DNA of 60,000 nucleotides, from contig NC_058368.1 of assembly GCF_018350175.1 (NCBI RefSeq), forward strand, positions 172,610,001 through 172,670,000, read 5' to 3'. Made by a program: the position numbers and the translations under genes. This document shows, piece by piece, positions 13,416 through 25,290 of the stretch. The notes under the pieces were generated by a model that worked only from the letters and a program-made list of their open reading frames with translations, had not been told where the DNA came from and searched no databases. Within the stretch, counting starts at the first letter, position 1. Each line of letters starts with the position of its first letter. The DNA is from Felis catus (Eukaryota).

Positions 13416-13571
13416 GTCACTCACTTGGACATGCAGTTGGGTGGACATACCAATGACTATGCAGAATCTGGGGCCAACAACAAGCTAACCTGGCAGCATC
13501 TGTGCATGCAGCAGCTGGTGGAGCAGGTGGAGTAGACGAAGCAGATCCAGAAGGAGCAGGACTACTGGAGG
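13416..13571 (+). pseudogene. TMED9-like paralog exon 4 (coiled coil), in-frame stop
   Basis: CCCCAG acceptor, [57 protein letters not shown] donor. Confidence 0.92.
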
Positions 13572-13699
13572 GTGAGGGACTCAGCTGGCCCAGTTGGGAG
13601 GAGGGATGTGTAACCTCCCAGGGAGTAAGTCTTCCACCTCTTGAGAGAGGGGAGAAATTCAGTCTAGCCAGGCACCTTCTCCCTTCTCCCTTACCACAG

Positions 13700-13847
13700 G
13701 CAAGAGGAGCGCTTCTGGCAGGCCAGCAAGAGCACCAATCAGTGGGTGCCATTGTAGTCCATTCTATGGACCTTAATCCTTGTGGCCATTGGCATCTGGC
13801 AGATACAGTAGCTCAAGAGCTTCCTTAAAGCCAAGAAGCTTGTGTAG
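13700..13847 (+). pseudogene. TMED9-like paralog exon 5 (TM + KKLV tail), two in-frame stops
   Basis: [46 protein letters not shown] versus TMED9 [55 protein letters not shown] at 14138. Confidence 0.93.
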
Positions 13848-16800
13848 ATGGGTCCAAGAGACCTAGCATCCACTCACTACCCTCTGCTGGTTGGTGGGAA
13901 ATGGCCTGGCCTGGTCTATCTCTTGGCTTTCCCCACCGCTCCCAACCCCACAAGGTTTCCTTGCTATTTGGAGGGGAACAGAACTCATTTCTTGGCCAGC
14001 ACTGGGGAGAGAATGGGTTTCCAGTTGGAGATGCTTGGATAAGAGAAGATGTAGACTCCTTTGTGATTCATCATGCTAAGCAGGAAGGGGTTAAACAGGA
14101 TGGATGAACTATCCCAAGAAGGAGAAATAAGAGTGAAAATAAACTGCAGACTTTCTAACCTAAACGTTTATTGCCTCCTACTCTGCAATTCATTCTGGTG
14201 TTTTCTCTGTCTAACCAGATATTAACATGAAACCCTGCATGCATTGGTGGGGGACTGATCTCAAATTGGTTGGGGTGAAGAGATGCACCCCAGAAGCCTT
14301 CGCAACATGTGGAGAGCTCTTTCCAGAAAAGGCCAATTTGGGCTCATATTTTGGATAACCTGAGTGCTTGTGATGATCTTATGCCTCTCTCTGAGTTCCA
14401 GTCAGGTTCATGTGCTATTCCATTCCAATCACCCTGACTTCTGGGTTTTTCCAGTAGATCACATGAGCATGTTGGTTTTCCTACTATTTTTCAGTCAATC
14501 TGGGTCTCCATGATGTCATTGGTTAAATTTTTTCAGGAGATGTTTGCTTTTATATGGTTCTAAGTCACTGTTTCCATCATATTCAGCATGCCCTGTAACT
14601 CAATCTTTACATGTGCACACAGGTGATAACCAGGCACCCATGCCCCCATTGCTTCTGCCTGATCTCATCCACATGTTACCAAGCCTTGTGCTGGTTGCCC
14701 TTTTGGAATATAATCATCTCTTATTTGAATTTGACATTTTATGTTATAAGGAAATTCACTGGTTGGCATCTTCAACAAAATCAAGTCCAAATTGTCAAAG
14801 CCAAGGATGTCATTAAAGGGAGACTCCACATGAAGAGGGTGAGCCATGACATCCCTCACCTCTTGGCTCCTGAAATAGACTCACCTTCCCCTGGGATACT
14901 ATTGAGGGATGACTGCAAACCTCGGGGATGCTACTTATTTGTGGGTCTAGCTACAATTGGTCTCTGAAAGTATCAATGGGATTTAATTGAAGCTGGGTCG
15001 AATAGAGTGGTGGAAACCATGGGAAAGTAAACTCTGATCAGAGAATATGACCTTAGGGTCCATTTCCTTCACCTAAAACTGAAATTGGGGTGCTCTACTC
15101 TCCACTACTGGGGAAACACAGTGACCCAGATAGGCACATTCTTGCCCACAGAGCATGAGGTCTGACACCAAATGAGGCAGAAGGTTGAACAAGACATAAG
15201 GGTGATCATATTTCTGAGAAGGGCAGAAGCCAGGGGTGACATGACAGGAGTCCTAGCCTAATCTAGATGGTCAGAGAAATCTGCTTTTTTAGAACTATGA
15301 CTAATAATAGGAGTTAGCTGAAGGAAGACTATTCTGGCCAGAAGAAAGAGCACATAAAGAAGCCCTAAAGCAAGATGATTTTTCAGCAGAAACTTTGCAG
15401 GCCAGAAGGAAATGGCATGATGTATTCAAAGTGCTGAAAGGGAAAAGTCTGTAGCCAAGAATACTCTATCCAGCAAGGCTGTCTTCAGAATAGGAGAGGT
15501 AAAGGGTTTCCCAGACAAACGAAAGTTAAAAGAATTCATGAATACTGAACCAGCCCTACAAGAAATGTTAAGGGGGACTCTGTGAGTGGAAAACAAAAAC
15601 CATAAGAGTAAGAAAAATAGGAAGCACAAAAACAGTGGAAGTAAGTGTATCTGTAAAAATCCACCAAGATGAGCACAGAATAAAAGAATGTAAAAAATGA
15701 TAGCAAATATCTCAAACATGGAGGGAGTGGAGAGAAGTAAAGAATGGGTTCAAAAGTAAGTGATCAGCTTAATATAAACTGCTATATGCAGAAGATTGTA
15801 TATATAAACTGAATGGTAACCACAAATTAAAAAAAAAAAAAACAGTAATAGATACACAAAAAAATAAGGAGTAAGGAATCCAAGTATATCACCAAAGAAA
15901 ACCAGCAAACCAGAAAAGAGAAAAAGAGAAGGATCACAGAAAAATTACAAAACAACCACAAAACAAGACACAAAACAAGTTACAAGATGGCAATAAATAC
16001 ATATATATCAACAATTACTTTGAATGTAAATAGACTAAATGCTCCAATCAAAAGACATAGGGTGACAAAGTAGATAAAAAAGCAAAACCCCTCTATATGC
16101 TTACTACAAGAGAATCATTTCAGATCTAAAGACACTTGCAGATCGAAAGTGAGGGGATAGAGAAACATTTATAATGCAAATGGATGTCAAAAGAAAGCTA
16201 GAGTAACAATATTTTTATCAGACAAGAAAGACTTTAAAACAAAGTCTGAAAAAAAATAAAACAAAGTCTGTAAGAAGAGATAAAGAAAGACACTGTATAG
16301 TAATAAAGGTAATAATCCAACAAGAAGATATAACAATTGTAAATATATATACACCCAACATGAAAGCACTCAAATACATAAAACAGTTAATAACAAACAT
16401 AGAGGAACTTATCCATAATAGTATAGGACTTTAACATCCTATCCAAACAGAAAATCAACAAGGAAAGAGTAGCTTTGAATGACACACTGGACTAGATGGA
16501 TTTAACAGATATATTCAGAACATTCTATCCTAAAACAGCAGAATACACATTCTTTTCAAGTGCACATGGAACATTCTCCAAAATATATCACATATTAGGC
16601 CACAAACCAAGCCTCAACAAATTCAAAAAGACTGAAGTCATACCATGCATCCACCAAGCTATGAAACTAGAAATCAACCACAATAAAAAAATCTGGGAAG
16701 ACCACAAATACATGAAGGTTAAATAACATGCTTCTAAACAATGAATGGGTCAACCAAGAAATCAAAGAACAAAAAGTACATGAAAACAAACAAAAACAAA

Positions 16801-17411
16801 ACACAAGGGTACAAAACCTTTGGGATGCAGCAAAAGCAGTTCTAAGAGTGAAGTTTATAGCAATACAGGCTTACCACAAGAAGAAGAAATATCTCAAATA
16901 AACAACCTAACTTTACACCTAAAGGATCTAGAAAAAGAATAACAAACAAAACCCCAAACCAGCAGAAGGAATGAAATAATAAAGATTAGAGCAGAAATAA
17001 ATGATATAGAAACTAAAAAACAATAGATCAATGAAACCAGGAGTTTTTTCTTTGAAAAGATCAACCAAATTGATAAACCTATAGCCAGACTCATTAAAGA
17101 GAGAGAGAGAAAGAGAGAGAAATTACTCAAATAAACAAAATCACAAATGAAAGAGGAAAAATAACAACAAACACCACAGAAATACAAGCAATCGTAAGAG
17201 AATATTATGAAAAACTATATGGCAACAAATTAGACAACCTTGAAGAAATGGATAAATTCCTAGAAACATATAACCTACCAAAACTGAAGCAGGAAGAAAT
17301 AGAAAATTTGAACAGAAGGATTATCAGCAAGGAGATTGAATCAGTAATCAAAAAACTCACAAACAACAGTCCAGGACCAGATAGCTTCCCAGGTGAATTC
17401 TACCAAACATT

Positions 17412-17631
17412 TATTTTTTTTAAGTTTTTATTTATTTATTTTGAGAAAGAGAGGGAGAGAGAGAAAGAGGAGAAAGCAGGTGAGGGACAAAGAGAGAGAA
17501 AGAATCCCAAGCAGGCTCCAGAGCTGTCAGCACAGACTCTATGGAGGGCTCAAACTCACAAACCATGAGATCATGACCTGAGCCAAAACAAAGAGTCAGA
17601 CACTTAACCAACTGAACCACCCAGGCACCCC
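17412..17631 (-). mobile_element. CanSINE inserted in L1
   Basis: Reverse SINE with TSD TA(C/T)CAAACATTTA. Confidence 0.9.
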
Positions 17632-17760
17632 TATCAAACATTTAAAGAAGAATTAATACCTACCCTATTCAAACTATTCCAAAAATAGAAGAAGAAGGAA
17701 AACTTCCAAATTGACTCTATGAGGCCAACATCACCCTGATACCAAAACCAGATAAAGACA

Positions 17761-17761
<1 letters not shown>

Positions 17762-17814
<53 letters not shown>
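17762..17814. repeat. (CA)n microsatellite
   Basis: About 26 CA units. Confidence 0.97.
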
Positions 17815-17816
<2 letters not shown>

Positions 17817-18382
17817 GAGAGAGAGAAAGAGAACTACATACAGGCTAATATCTCTGATGAACATAGATGCAAAAATCCTCAACAAAATACTAGCAAACAG
17901 AATCCAACAATACTCTAAAAAAATCATTCACCACATCAAGTGGGATTTATTCCCAGAAAGCAAGGGTGGTTCAATATTTGCAAATCAATCAACATGACAT
18001 ATCATATCAGTAAAAGAAAAGATAAAAACCATACGATCATTTCAATAAATGCAGAAAAAGGATTTAACAAAGTACAACAACCATTCATGATAAAAAAAAA
18101 AAAACCCTCCATAGTGTAGGTTTAGAGGAAACATGCCTCAACATAAAAAAAGCCATATATGAAAAACCCACAGCTAACATCATACTCAGTGAGAAAAAAC
18201 TGAGAGCTTTCCTCCTAAGGTCAGGAACAAGACAAGGTCTCACGACTATTATTCAACATAGTACAGTAAGTTCTAGGGAAAGCAATTAGACAACAAAAAG
18301 AAATAAAAGGTATCCAAATTGGTAAGGAAGAAATAAAACTTTCACTGTTTGTAGATGACATGATATTATATATAGAAAACCC

Positions 18383-18453
18383 CACCTTTTGGGAAGAGCA
18401 CTGGGTGTGGTATGGAAACCAATTTGTCAATAAATTTCATATAAAAAAAAAAA
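18383..18453 (+). mobile_element. Very short (~70 bp) younger L1 3' end inserted in the older L1
   Basis: GAGCACTGGGTG...GGAAACCAATTTG-CAATAAA + polyA, matching the L1 end at ~43850-43900; TSD AGAAAACCC. Confidence 0.85.
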
Positions 18454-18908
18454 AGAAAACCCAAGGACTCCACCAAAAAACTAGAACTGATAGATGAATT
18501 CTCAGTAAATCACAGGATACAAAATCAATGTGCAGAAACCTGTTGCATTTCTATACACTAATAATGAAGCAGCAGAGAGAGATTAGGAAAACAATTCCAT
18601 TTACAATTGCATCAAAAATAAGATACCTAAGAATAAATCCAACTAAAGAGGTAAAAGACCTTTACTCCAAAAACTATAAAACACTGATGAAAGAAGCTAA
18701 AGACAACACAAAGAAATGAAAAGACACTGCGTGTTCATGAACTGAAAGAACATTGTTAAAATGTCTTTACTACACACTTAATGCAATCTCTATCAAAATA
18801 CCAACAGCATTTTTCACAAAACTAGAACCAAAACATCCTAAAATTTTTATGGAATCACAAAAGACTCCAAATAGCCAAAGCAATTTTGAAAAAGAAAAGC
18901 AAAGCTGG

Positions 18909-19208
18909 AGGGACATCTGGGTGGCTCAGTCAACTAGGCATCCAACTCTCGATCTTGGCTCAGGTCATGATCTCGTGGTTCACGGGTTCAAGCCACACAT
19001 TGGGCTCTGCACTGACAGTGCAGGACCTGCTTGGGATTCTGTCTCTCCTTCTCTCTGCCCCTCCCTTGCTAGTTTTCTCTCTCTCTCTCTCTTTCAAAAT
19101 AAAAATAAACTTTGAAAGAAAGAAACAGAGAAAGAAAAGAAAAGAAAAGAAAAGAAAAGAAAAGAAAAGAAAAGAAAAGAAAAGAAAAGAAAAGAAAAGA
19201 AAAGAAAA
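18909..19208 (+). mobile_element. CanSINE with (GAAAA)n expanded tail
   Basis: SINE head and body; TSD AAAGCTGGAG. Confidence 0.9.
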
Positions 19209-20196
19209 GCTGGAGATATCACAATTCCAGACTTCAAGTTATATTACAAAGCTGTAGTAATGAAAACAGTATGGTACTGGCACAAAAATAGACATACAGA
19301 TCAATAGAACAAAAGAACAGAATAGAAAACCCAGAAATGAACCCACAATTATACGGTCAATTAATCTTTCATGAGGCAAGAAAGAATATCCAATGGGAAA
19401 AAGACAGTCTCTTCAATAAATGATGTTGGGAAAACTGGTCAGCTACATGCAAAAGAATGAAACTAGAACACTTTCTTACACCATACACAAAGATAAATTC
19501 AAAATGGATTAAAGACCTAAATGTGAGACCTGACACCATTAAAATCCTAGAAGAGAGCACAGGCAGTAATGTCTCTGACATGGGACGTAGCAACACTTCT
19601 AGATATGTCTCCCAAAGCAAGGAAAATTAAAGCTAAAATAAACTATTGGGACTACATGACCTTTCCATCCTCACCACAGCCTCAGGATCTCCATGGTACC
19701 TTCTTCCCTACCCCAATACAATCCAGCACCTGTCCCTTCCCCACCCTGATCCAATCTCCTTCAGCTGCTCTCCACATCAACCTCTCAACTGTGCCTCTGG
19801 ATTCCCTGGTTCATGGGAAACAAATCTCTGCATTCTCAGCCTCTTCAATGCATTTCCCTCCACCCCTGCCTGAACCACAACATGGAACTCCTCTAATGCC
19901 CCTTCTTCCCTGTGTCTTCTCAAGCTAGGCTTTCCCATCCCCCAACATCCATGGATTCCCAGGCCTGGAGAGGGATGTGCATTCTCCCTGATCCCCAGAG
20001 GTAAAAGCCTCTTCCCTTTAAGACCCATAGCACATGGCTCCACCATCTTCCCACACTCCTACTGTGGCTCTTGCTTCCCCCCAACAAAGGGCATACACAG
20101 GGCCTGGACTCTGGGTTCCCTGATTTTCTGTCCTCATCAGGCTCTGCTTTAATCCTGGAGGACTCTACTGTTCACTCTCATATTAATCCTTCCCTA

Positions 20197-20428
20197 GGGG
20201 CATCTAGGTGGCTCAGTCAGTTAAGTGTCTGACTCTTGATCTTGGCTTAGGTCATGATCTTACGGTTCAGTTAGTGAAATTCAGCCCTGCATTGGGCTCT
20301 GCACTGACAGCACGAAGCCTGCTTGGGATTCCCTCTCTCTGTCCTCCCCATCTCCCCTCCCCTTCCCCTTCCCCCACTCACACACATGTGCACATGCATT
20401 CTCTCTCTCAAAATTAAACATGAAAAAA
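20197..20428 (+). mobile_element. CanSINE
   Basis: GGGGCATCTAGGTGGCTCAGTC head, pyrimidine tract, A-tail. Confidence 0.88.
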
Positions 20429-20491
20429 ATCCCTCCCTGATCACCCCTTCCCATCCTACACTTATCTTAATGCATCTAAATTCTGATTTCT

Positions 20492-20597
20492 GTGCTCACT
20501 TCGGCAGCATGTATACTAAAATTGGAACAATACAGAGAAGATTAGCATGGCCCCTGTGCAAGAATGACATGTAAATTCATGAAGCCTTCCAAATTTT
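20492..20597 (+). pseudogene. U6 snRNA retropseudogene (5' part of a chimeric insert ending ~20748)
   Basis: Full-length U6 GTGCTC...ACAGAGAAGATTAGCATGGCCCCTG...TTTT with about 11 differences, many from CpG decay; no PSE/TATA context; flanked by TSD AATTCTGATTTC. Confidence 0.95.
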
Positions 20598-21567
20598 ATG
20601 CAGCTCTCCAGCAAACTGCCACCCTTTGTGGATTAACTTAGAGGAAACAATGTGAGTCAAAGCACAACATGCAACACTGAATAATGAAATTGTGACATTT
20701 CATTAGAAAAACAAACAAACAAACAAATAAATAAATAAATAAATAAATAATTCTGATTTCACACTCATATGCCCTTACTCACTTCCATATTCCCAGATCC
20801 CAGCACAGGCCTAGGTCACCAGTAGACACTCTTATATTTCATGAATGAATGAATGAATGAATGACCACAGGGAGAAGCAAGGCAGAGAGGGATGGACACA
20901 GGTTTCTCCCACCATCTTGCTGCTCCAGCCAGAGTCCCTTCCATAGCTGGACTGTTAGCTGAATGTAGGGCCTATGCTACTTTCTCTTGTCATCAGCCAC
21001 ATAGGCAGCCTCACCAACTTCCACTACCCATCCAGCAGGAACTCCCAAATTCCACTCTGACCTGGGGTGAGATGGGAGGCTATGATCAGCCCAGGGCAGT
21101 AAAAGGCAGAATTATCTAGAGACTGGACCTTCCCCAGCCCATCCCCATGCCAGGCCCTGAGAAGCCTTGGCCCCACCCAGAACAGGGCAGAGAAGGCTTT
21201 AGTGCAAACAGGTGAGCTGCCCAGCAGACAAGATTCTCCTTCTTTCCTATTACTAGATTTGTCACACTCAGTGACTCCAGTTTCAGTCACAGAGTCTGCT
21301 CTGAAGAAATGACTCCACCAGTCTAAAACTGGGTACGTGATTACCAGTCTGAGGGCCAGCCTTGAACCAGGCATTCCTCCTTGCCCCATCCCTTGTGCCT
21401 GCAGGAAATCCTGGGGAAAGGACAAGGTACTTGGTGCTAAGGTGGCCTCTAAAGTTTAATAGGAAAAAGCAGATTATTTCCCCCCTCTTCTGAGGTTGAT
21501 GTACAATTCTGCCCTCACCTTAATCCCTGGGAAGCAACATGGGGCACAGAAGAGGGCTTACAGTGAC

Positions 21568-22200
21568 ATCAGCAACATAGTCCAGTACAATATCCCTCAC
21601 TGATATCTATGACTAACCAACAACTTGACATCCATCCACAGATGAAAATGCCTTTATGGGAGCTGTGGGGTCCAGCACCACATGCCAGGAGACCCAAGAG
21701 GAGTCTCAAACACCCATGTGTCAAGTAACAGACCTCAGTCCCACCTATAACCCTGAAATGGCCCATGAATCAGCTCTAGTCCCAGTCAGCCATGGTTCAA
21801 GAGACCTTGGAGAGCACTGTCTTAGACAATCACTCTTAGAGAAGAGAGCCTTTATAGAAGTCCAGGTTTCCAGAGAACTTCCAGCACATAGTTGCAGCAA
21901 AAAGTGTGTGTGTGTGTGCACATCAAAGAAGGTAAGAGGTATAATTTGACTTTGCCCACATCACCTGTCCCCCAAGCAGCATGGCTCAGGGTCAAGAAAT
22001 CACCTTCTCAGCCCATGACTTCTCTAGCAGGGGGAAAGTGAGGGCATGCAAGTGAGCACCTGGCTTCCCAGGCTATGCAGAAATCTGGAAAACAGGCTTA
22101 TTTCTCTGTTGCCCCATTCAGGGTACTGAGTTGTGTGCTGCATGACTGGGGCTGGGAGGAGCAAGTAGGACTCTTGGAGGGCATTAAAGGAACATGGATT
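21568..22200 (+). mobile_element. Probable old L1 5' region fragment
   Basis: Resembles ancient L1M 5'UTR sequence by recall only; no ORF. Confidence 0.35.
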
Positions 22201-22668
22201 CTATTAACTATATCATAAATTCTAATCAAAGGGCATAGAGTGGACTTACCACCACATTTACACTGACAGGAGCTCAATTTCCTCAGGAAATCCCATCAGG
22301 GAGGCATCACCCTGGCTGTGGTACAACTTGGAAACATGTCCACAATGACAGCAGCTGGGTTTCCTCAGGACCCTCTGTGGGAAGAGAAGGAAGTGGCTGG
22401 GAATCAATGTACCAGAGTTATAATCCAAAACAAAGATTTTCCTTCAGAAAACATCATCAATAGCCACTACTAAAATGACCCTGATCTATTGGGCAGCCAT
22501 GGAACTTGAAATGTTGCCTACCCCAGTTCACTAACAATGAGCTCTGCATGTTTGTATATCTGAGAGCTGGTGTGTTTGAGGTTGGCTGGAGAGCTAAATC
22601 ACCCTCATGAAAGAGACAGGACCCTGACCCCAGTCATCCTGCAGATGAAAGAGCTGATCAACATTACC

Positions 22669-22905
22669 AATGTCACTCTGTTTGATGCTTTCAGTGGCTT
22701 CCAGGCCCTTCTCCTCCAAGGTGTTTCCAAATTCCTTCAGCTTATCCAGGATGTGTCCGCAAGGTGTTGGAGAGATCTGGGGCTGCCCAGGCTAGGGCTG
22801 GGCCTTCCAAAACCATTGACAGAACCACCAGCAGGACTGGAGGCAATAAGATGAGCCTCATGGCAGTGCCAGAGGGGCACTCTGGATCAGTCGTAGGACA
22901 GCATG
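22669..22905 (-). pseudogene. APOC1 processed pseudogene, 3'-truncated, frameshifted
   Basis: ATG at 22861(-): [62 protein letters not shown]; intronless across APOC1 exon junctions; 5'UTR CAGAGTGCCCCTCTGGCACTGCC. Confidence 0.92.
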
Positions 22906-23229
22906 GGTGAACCTGTACATTTTACAGCTACCTTCTTCCCAGAAGACTCTTCAAGTTGAACATATTGCACCTTTGTCTGGGAAGATAAAGGTATTAAATT
23001 ACTGTCATGCTATTAGCAGGAGCAAGACTGCACTTATTCTTCTTGTGGCCAGACTCCTCCCATCCTTCCATTCCAAAGATGTCTTCTTCTGCATCCCCTG
23101 GGGTGAGATTTATGGCAGTTTACCCACATCCTTTGGGTTGATTGAGGTTTGGGATATACCACTTGCCTAGTTCTGGTGATTCTGGGACAAAGACACTTCT
23201 GAAACTTGAGAAGGATGGAAATCAGCTTT

Positions 23230-24090
23230 CTTTTTTTATTGAATTATGTTTCACATAAAACATTATGTGGTTGAAGTACAAAACATGTTGATTTGATGCA
23301 TATATGTATTGTAATATGATTATCATTGCGGTGATAGTTGGTACCTCTATCATGTCATATAATTGTTATTTTGTTTTTGTGGTGGGAACAACCAAAGTCT
23401 AATCTCTTATCATTTTGGGTGAATATAATGCAATTTTATTGTCTATATGCTATATGCTATGCGTTGGATTTCCAGGATTTATCTGACTACTGGTTGAAGA
23501 TTTGGACCCTTAAACAAAATCTCTCCTGCTTCCCCATACCCCAGCCCATGGTAACCACTATTTTATTCTTGGTTTTTGTAAGTTTGGCTCTTTCGGATTC
23601 CACATGTAGATGATATTATACAGTATTTGTCTTTCATGGTCTAACTTATCTCACTTAGTATAATGCCTTCAAGTTCCATCCATGTTATCACAGATTGCAG
23701 GATTTCCTTCTGTCTCATGGCTGATTAATATTCCATTGTATCATGGCACCTGGGTGACTCAGTCGGCTGAGCATCCGACCCTTAGTTTTGGCTCAGGTCA
23801 TGATCTCAAAGTCGTGGGATTAAGCCCCACATGGGTCTCTGTGCTGAGCGTGGAGTCTGCTTAAGATCTCTCTCTCTCTCTTTCTTTCCCTCTGCCCTCT
23901 ACCCCCACTCACATTCTCTTCCTCTTTCTCTCTACCTCTCTCTCTCTACAATAAAATAAATAAATAAAAATTTAAAATATTCTATTGTATCTATATACCA
24001 CAACTTCTTTGTCCATTTATCTGTTGATGGACACTTGGGTTGTTCCCATGTCTTGGCTATTATGAATGGTGCAGTAAGCATAGGAGTGTA
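23230..24090 (-). mobile_element. L1 3' fragment (contains a SINE)
   Basis: Reverse-strand L1 3'UTR and ORF2-end motifs. Confidence 0.85.
23746..23970 (+). mobile_element. CanSINE
   Basis: SINE body; TSD ATATTC(C/T)ATTGTATC. Confidence 0.9.
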
Positions 24091-24093
24091 TTC

Positions 24094-24905
24094 TTAAAAA
24101 GGCATAGAATGGCTGGATGGATTAAAAAAAAACAAAAACAAAAACAAACAAACAAACAAAAAAAAACAAGATCTGACTATATCCTGCCTACAAGAGATTC
24201 ACCTCAGCTTTAAGGACACACATAGGCTCAAGGTGAAGGAATAGAAAAAGATATTCCATGTAAGTGGAAACCAAAAGAGAACAAGATTAACTATGTTTAT
24301 AGCAAACAAAATAGACTTAAGCCAAAACTGTAACAAGAGACAAAGAAGGTCATAATATAATGATAAAAAGATCAATTCCTCAGGAACATATAACAGTTGC
24401 AAATATATATGTACTCAACATCAGGGCACTTAAATATATTAGGCAAATGCCAACTGATCTGAAAGGAGAAATAGACACTACCCCACTTTCAACAAACGGT
24501 AGCTTATTCAGACAGAAAATCAAGAAGGAAACGCTGGATTTGAACTATACTTTAGTACAAATGTACCTAACAAATACATATAGAACATGCCATCCAACAG
24601 CAGCAGATGCACATTCTTCTCAAGCACATATGGAACATTCTTCATGATAGAGCATGGTAAGTCACAAACAAGTCTTAGCAAATTTAAGAATACTGAATTG
24701 TACCAAGTATCTTTTCCAACTACAATGGCATGAAGCTAGGAATCAGTAACAGGAGGAAAATGAGAAAATTCACAAATATGTGGAAAGGAAACAACACTCC
24801 TGAACAAACAATGGATCAAGAAGAAATCAAAAGTAAATAAAAAATAACTTGAAACAAATGAAAATGGAAACAAAATAACCAAAATGTATGGGATGCATTG
24901 AAACA
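24094..24905 (+). mobile_element. Old L1 ORF2 endonuclease-region fragment
   Basis: MIKRSIPQEHITVANIYVLNIRALKYIRQMPTDLKGEID. Confidence 0.85.
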
Positions 24906-25290
24906 AACTCAAAGAGATCACATCCAAATGTTGAAGCTTACATGCAAAACAATAGTAAAAATACACTAAAAAATTCATCTATGAATTGATATCAGTTGAC
25001 ACCAAGGAAGCACTGTTAACTTTGTTAAATATAACAATGGCATTACAGTTATTTTTTTTAAAGATCATATTTTTAAAAGATGTATATATATATATCAAAG
25101 TATTTAAAGGTGAAATGGCAAAAATATCTAAGATTGCCTTAAAACACAAAGAAAAAGTGACAAAGCAAATACAGTTTTGGTAATTATTCAGTCTAAAGAA
25201 TGGGGATATGCAAGTCCACTGTTGAATTTCTGTACTTGCTTATGTTTGTAGATTTTCATAATAATTTAAAAGGAATAAATGGGTGGAAAA

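Larger units (their letters stand above)
15377..19657 (+). mobile_element. Older carnivore L1, internal fragment (ORF1 end through most of ORF2), interrupted
   Basis: Decayed ORF2 peptides ([43 protein letters not shown]); carries two SINEs, a (CA)n tract and a short L1 insert. Confidence 0.93.

Noticed and set aside
20492..20597. Functional U6 gene
   Set aside because: CpG-decay substitutions, TSD and A-tail, and no upstream PSE/TATA
23230..24905. Back-to-back L1 pieces as a twin-priming inversion
   Set aside because: The two segments come from parts of L1 several kb apart, so they are not contiguous as twin priming predicts
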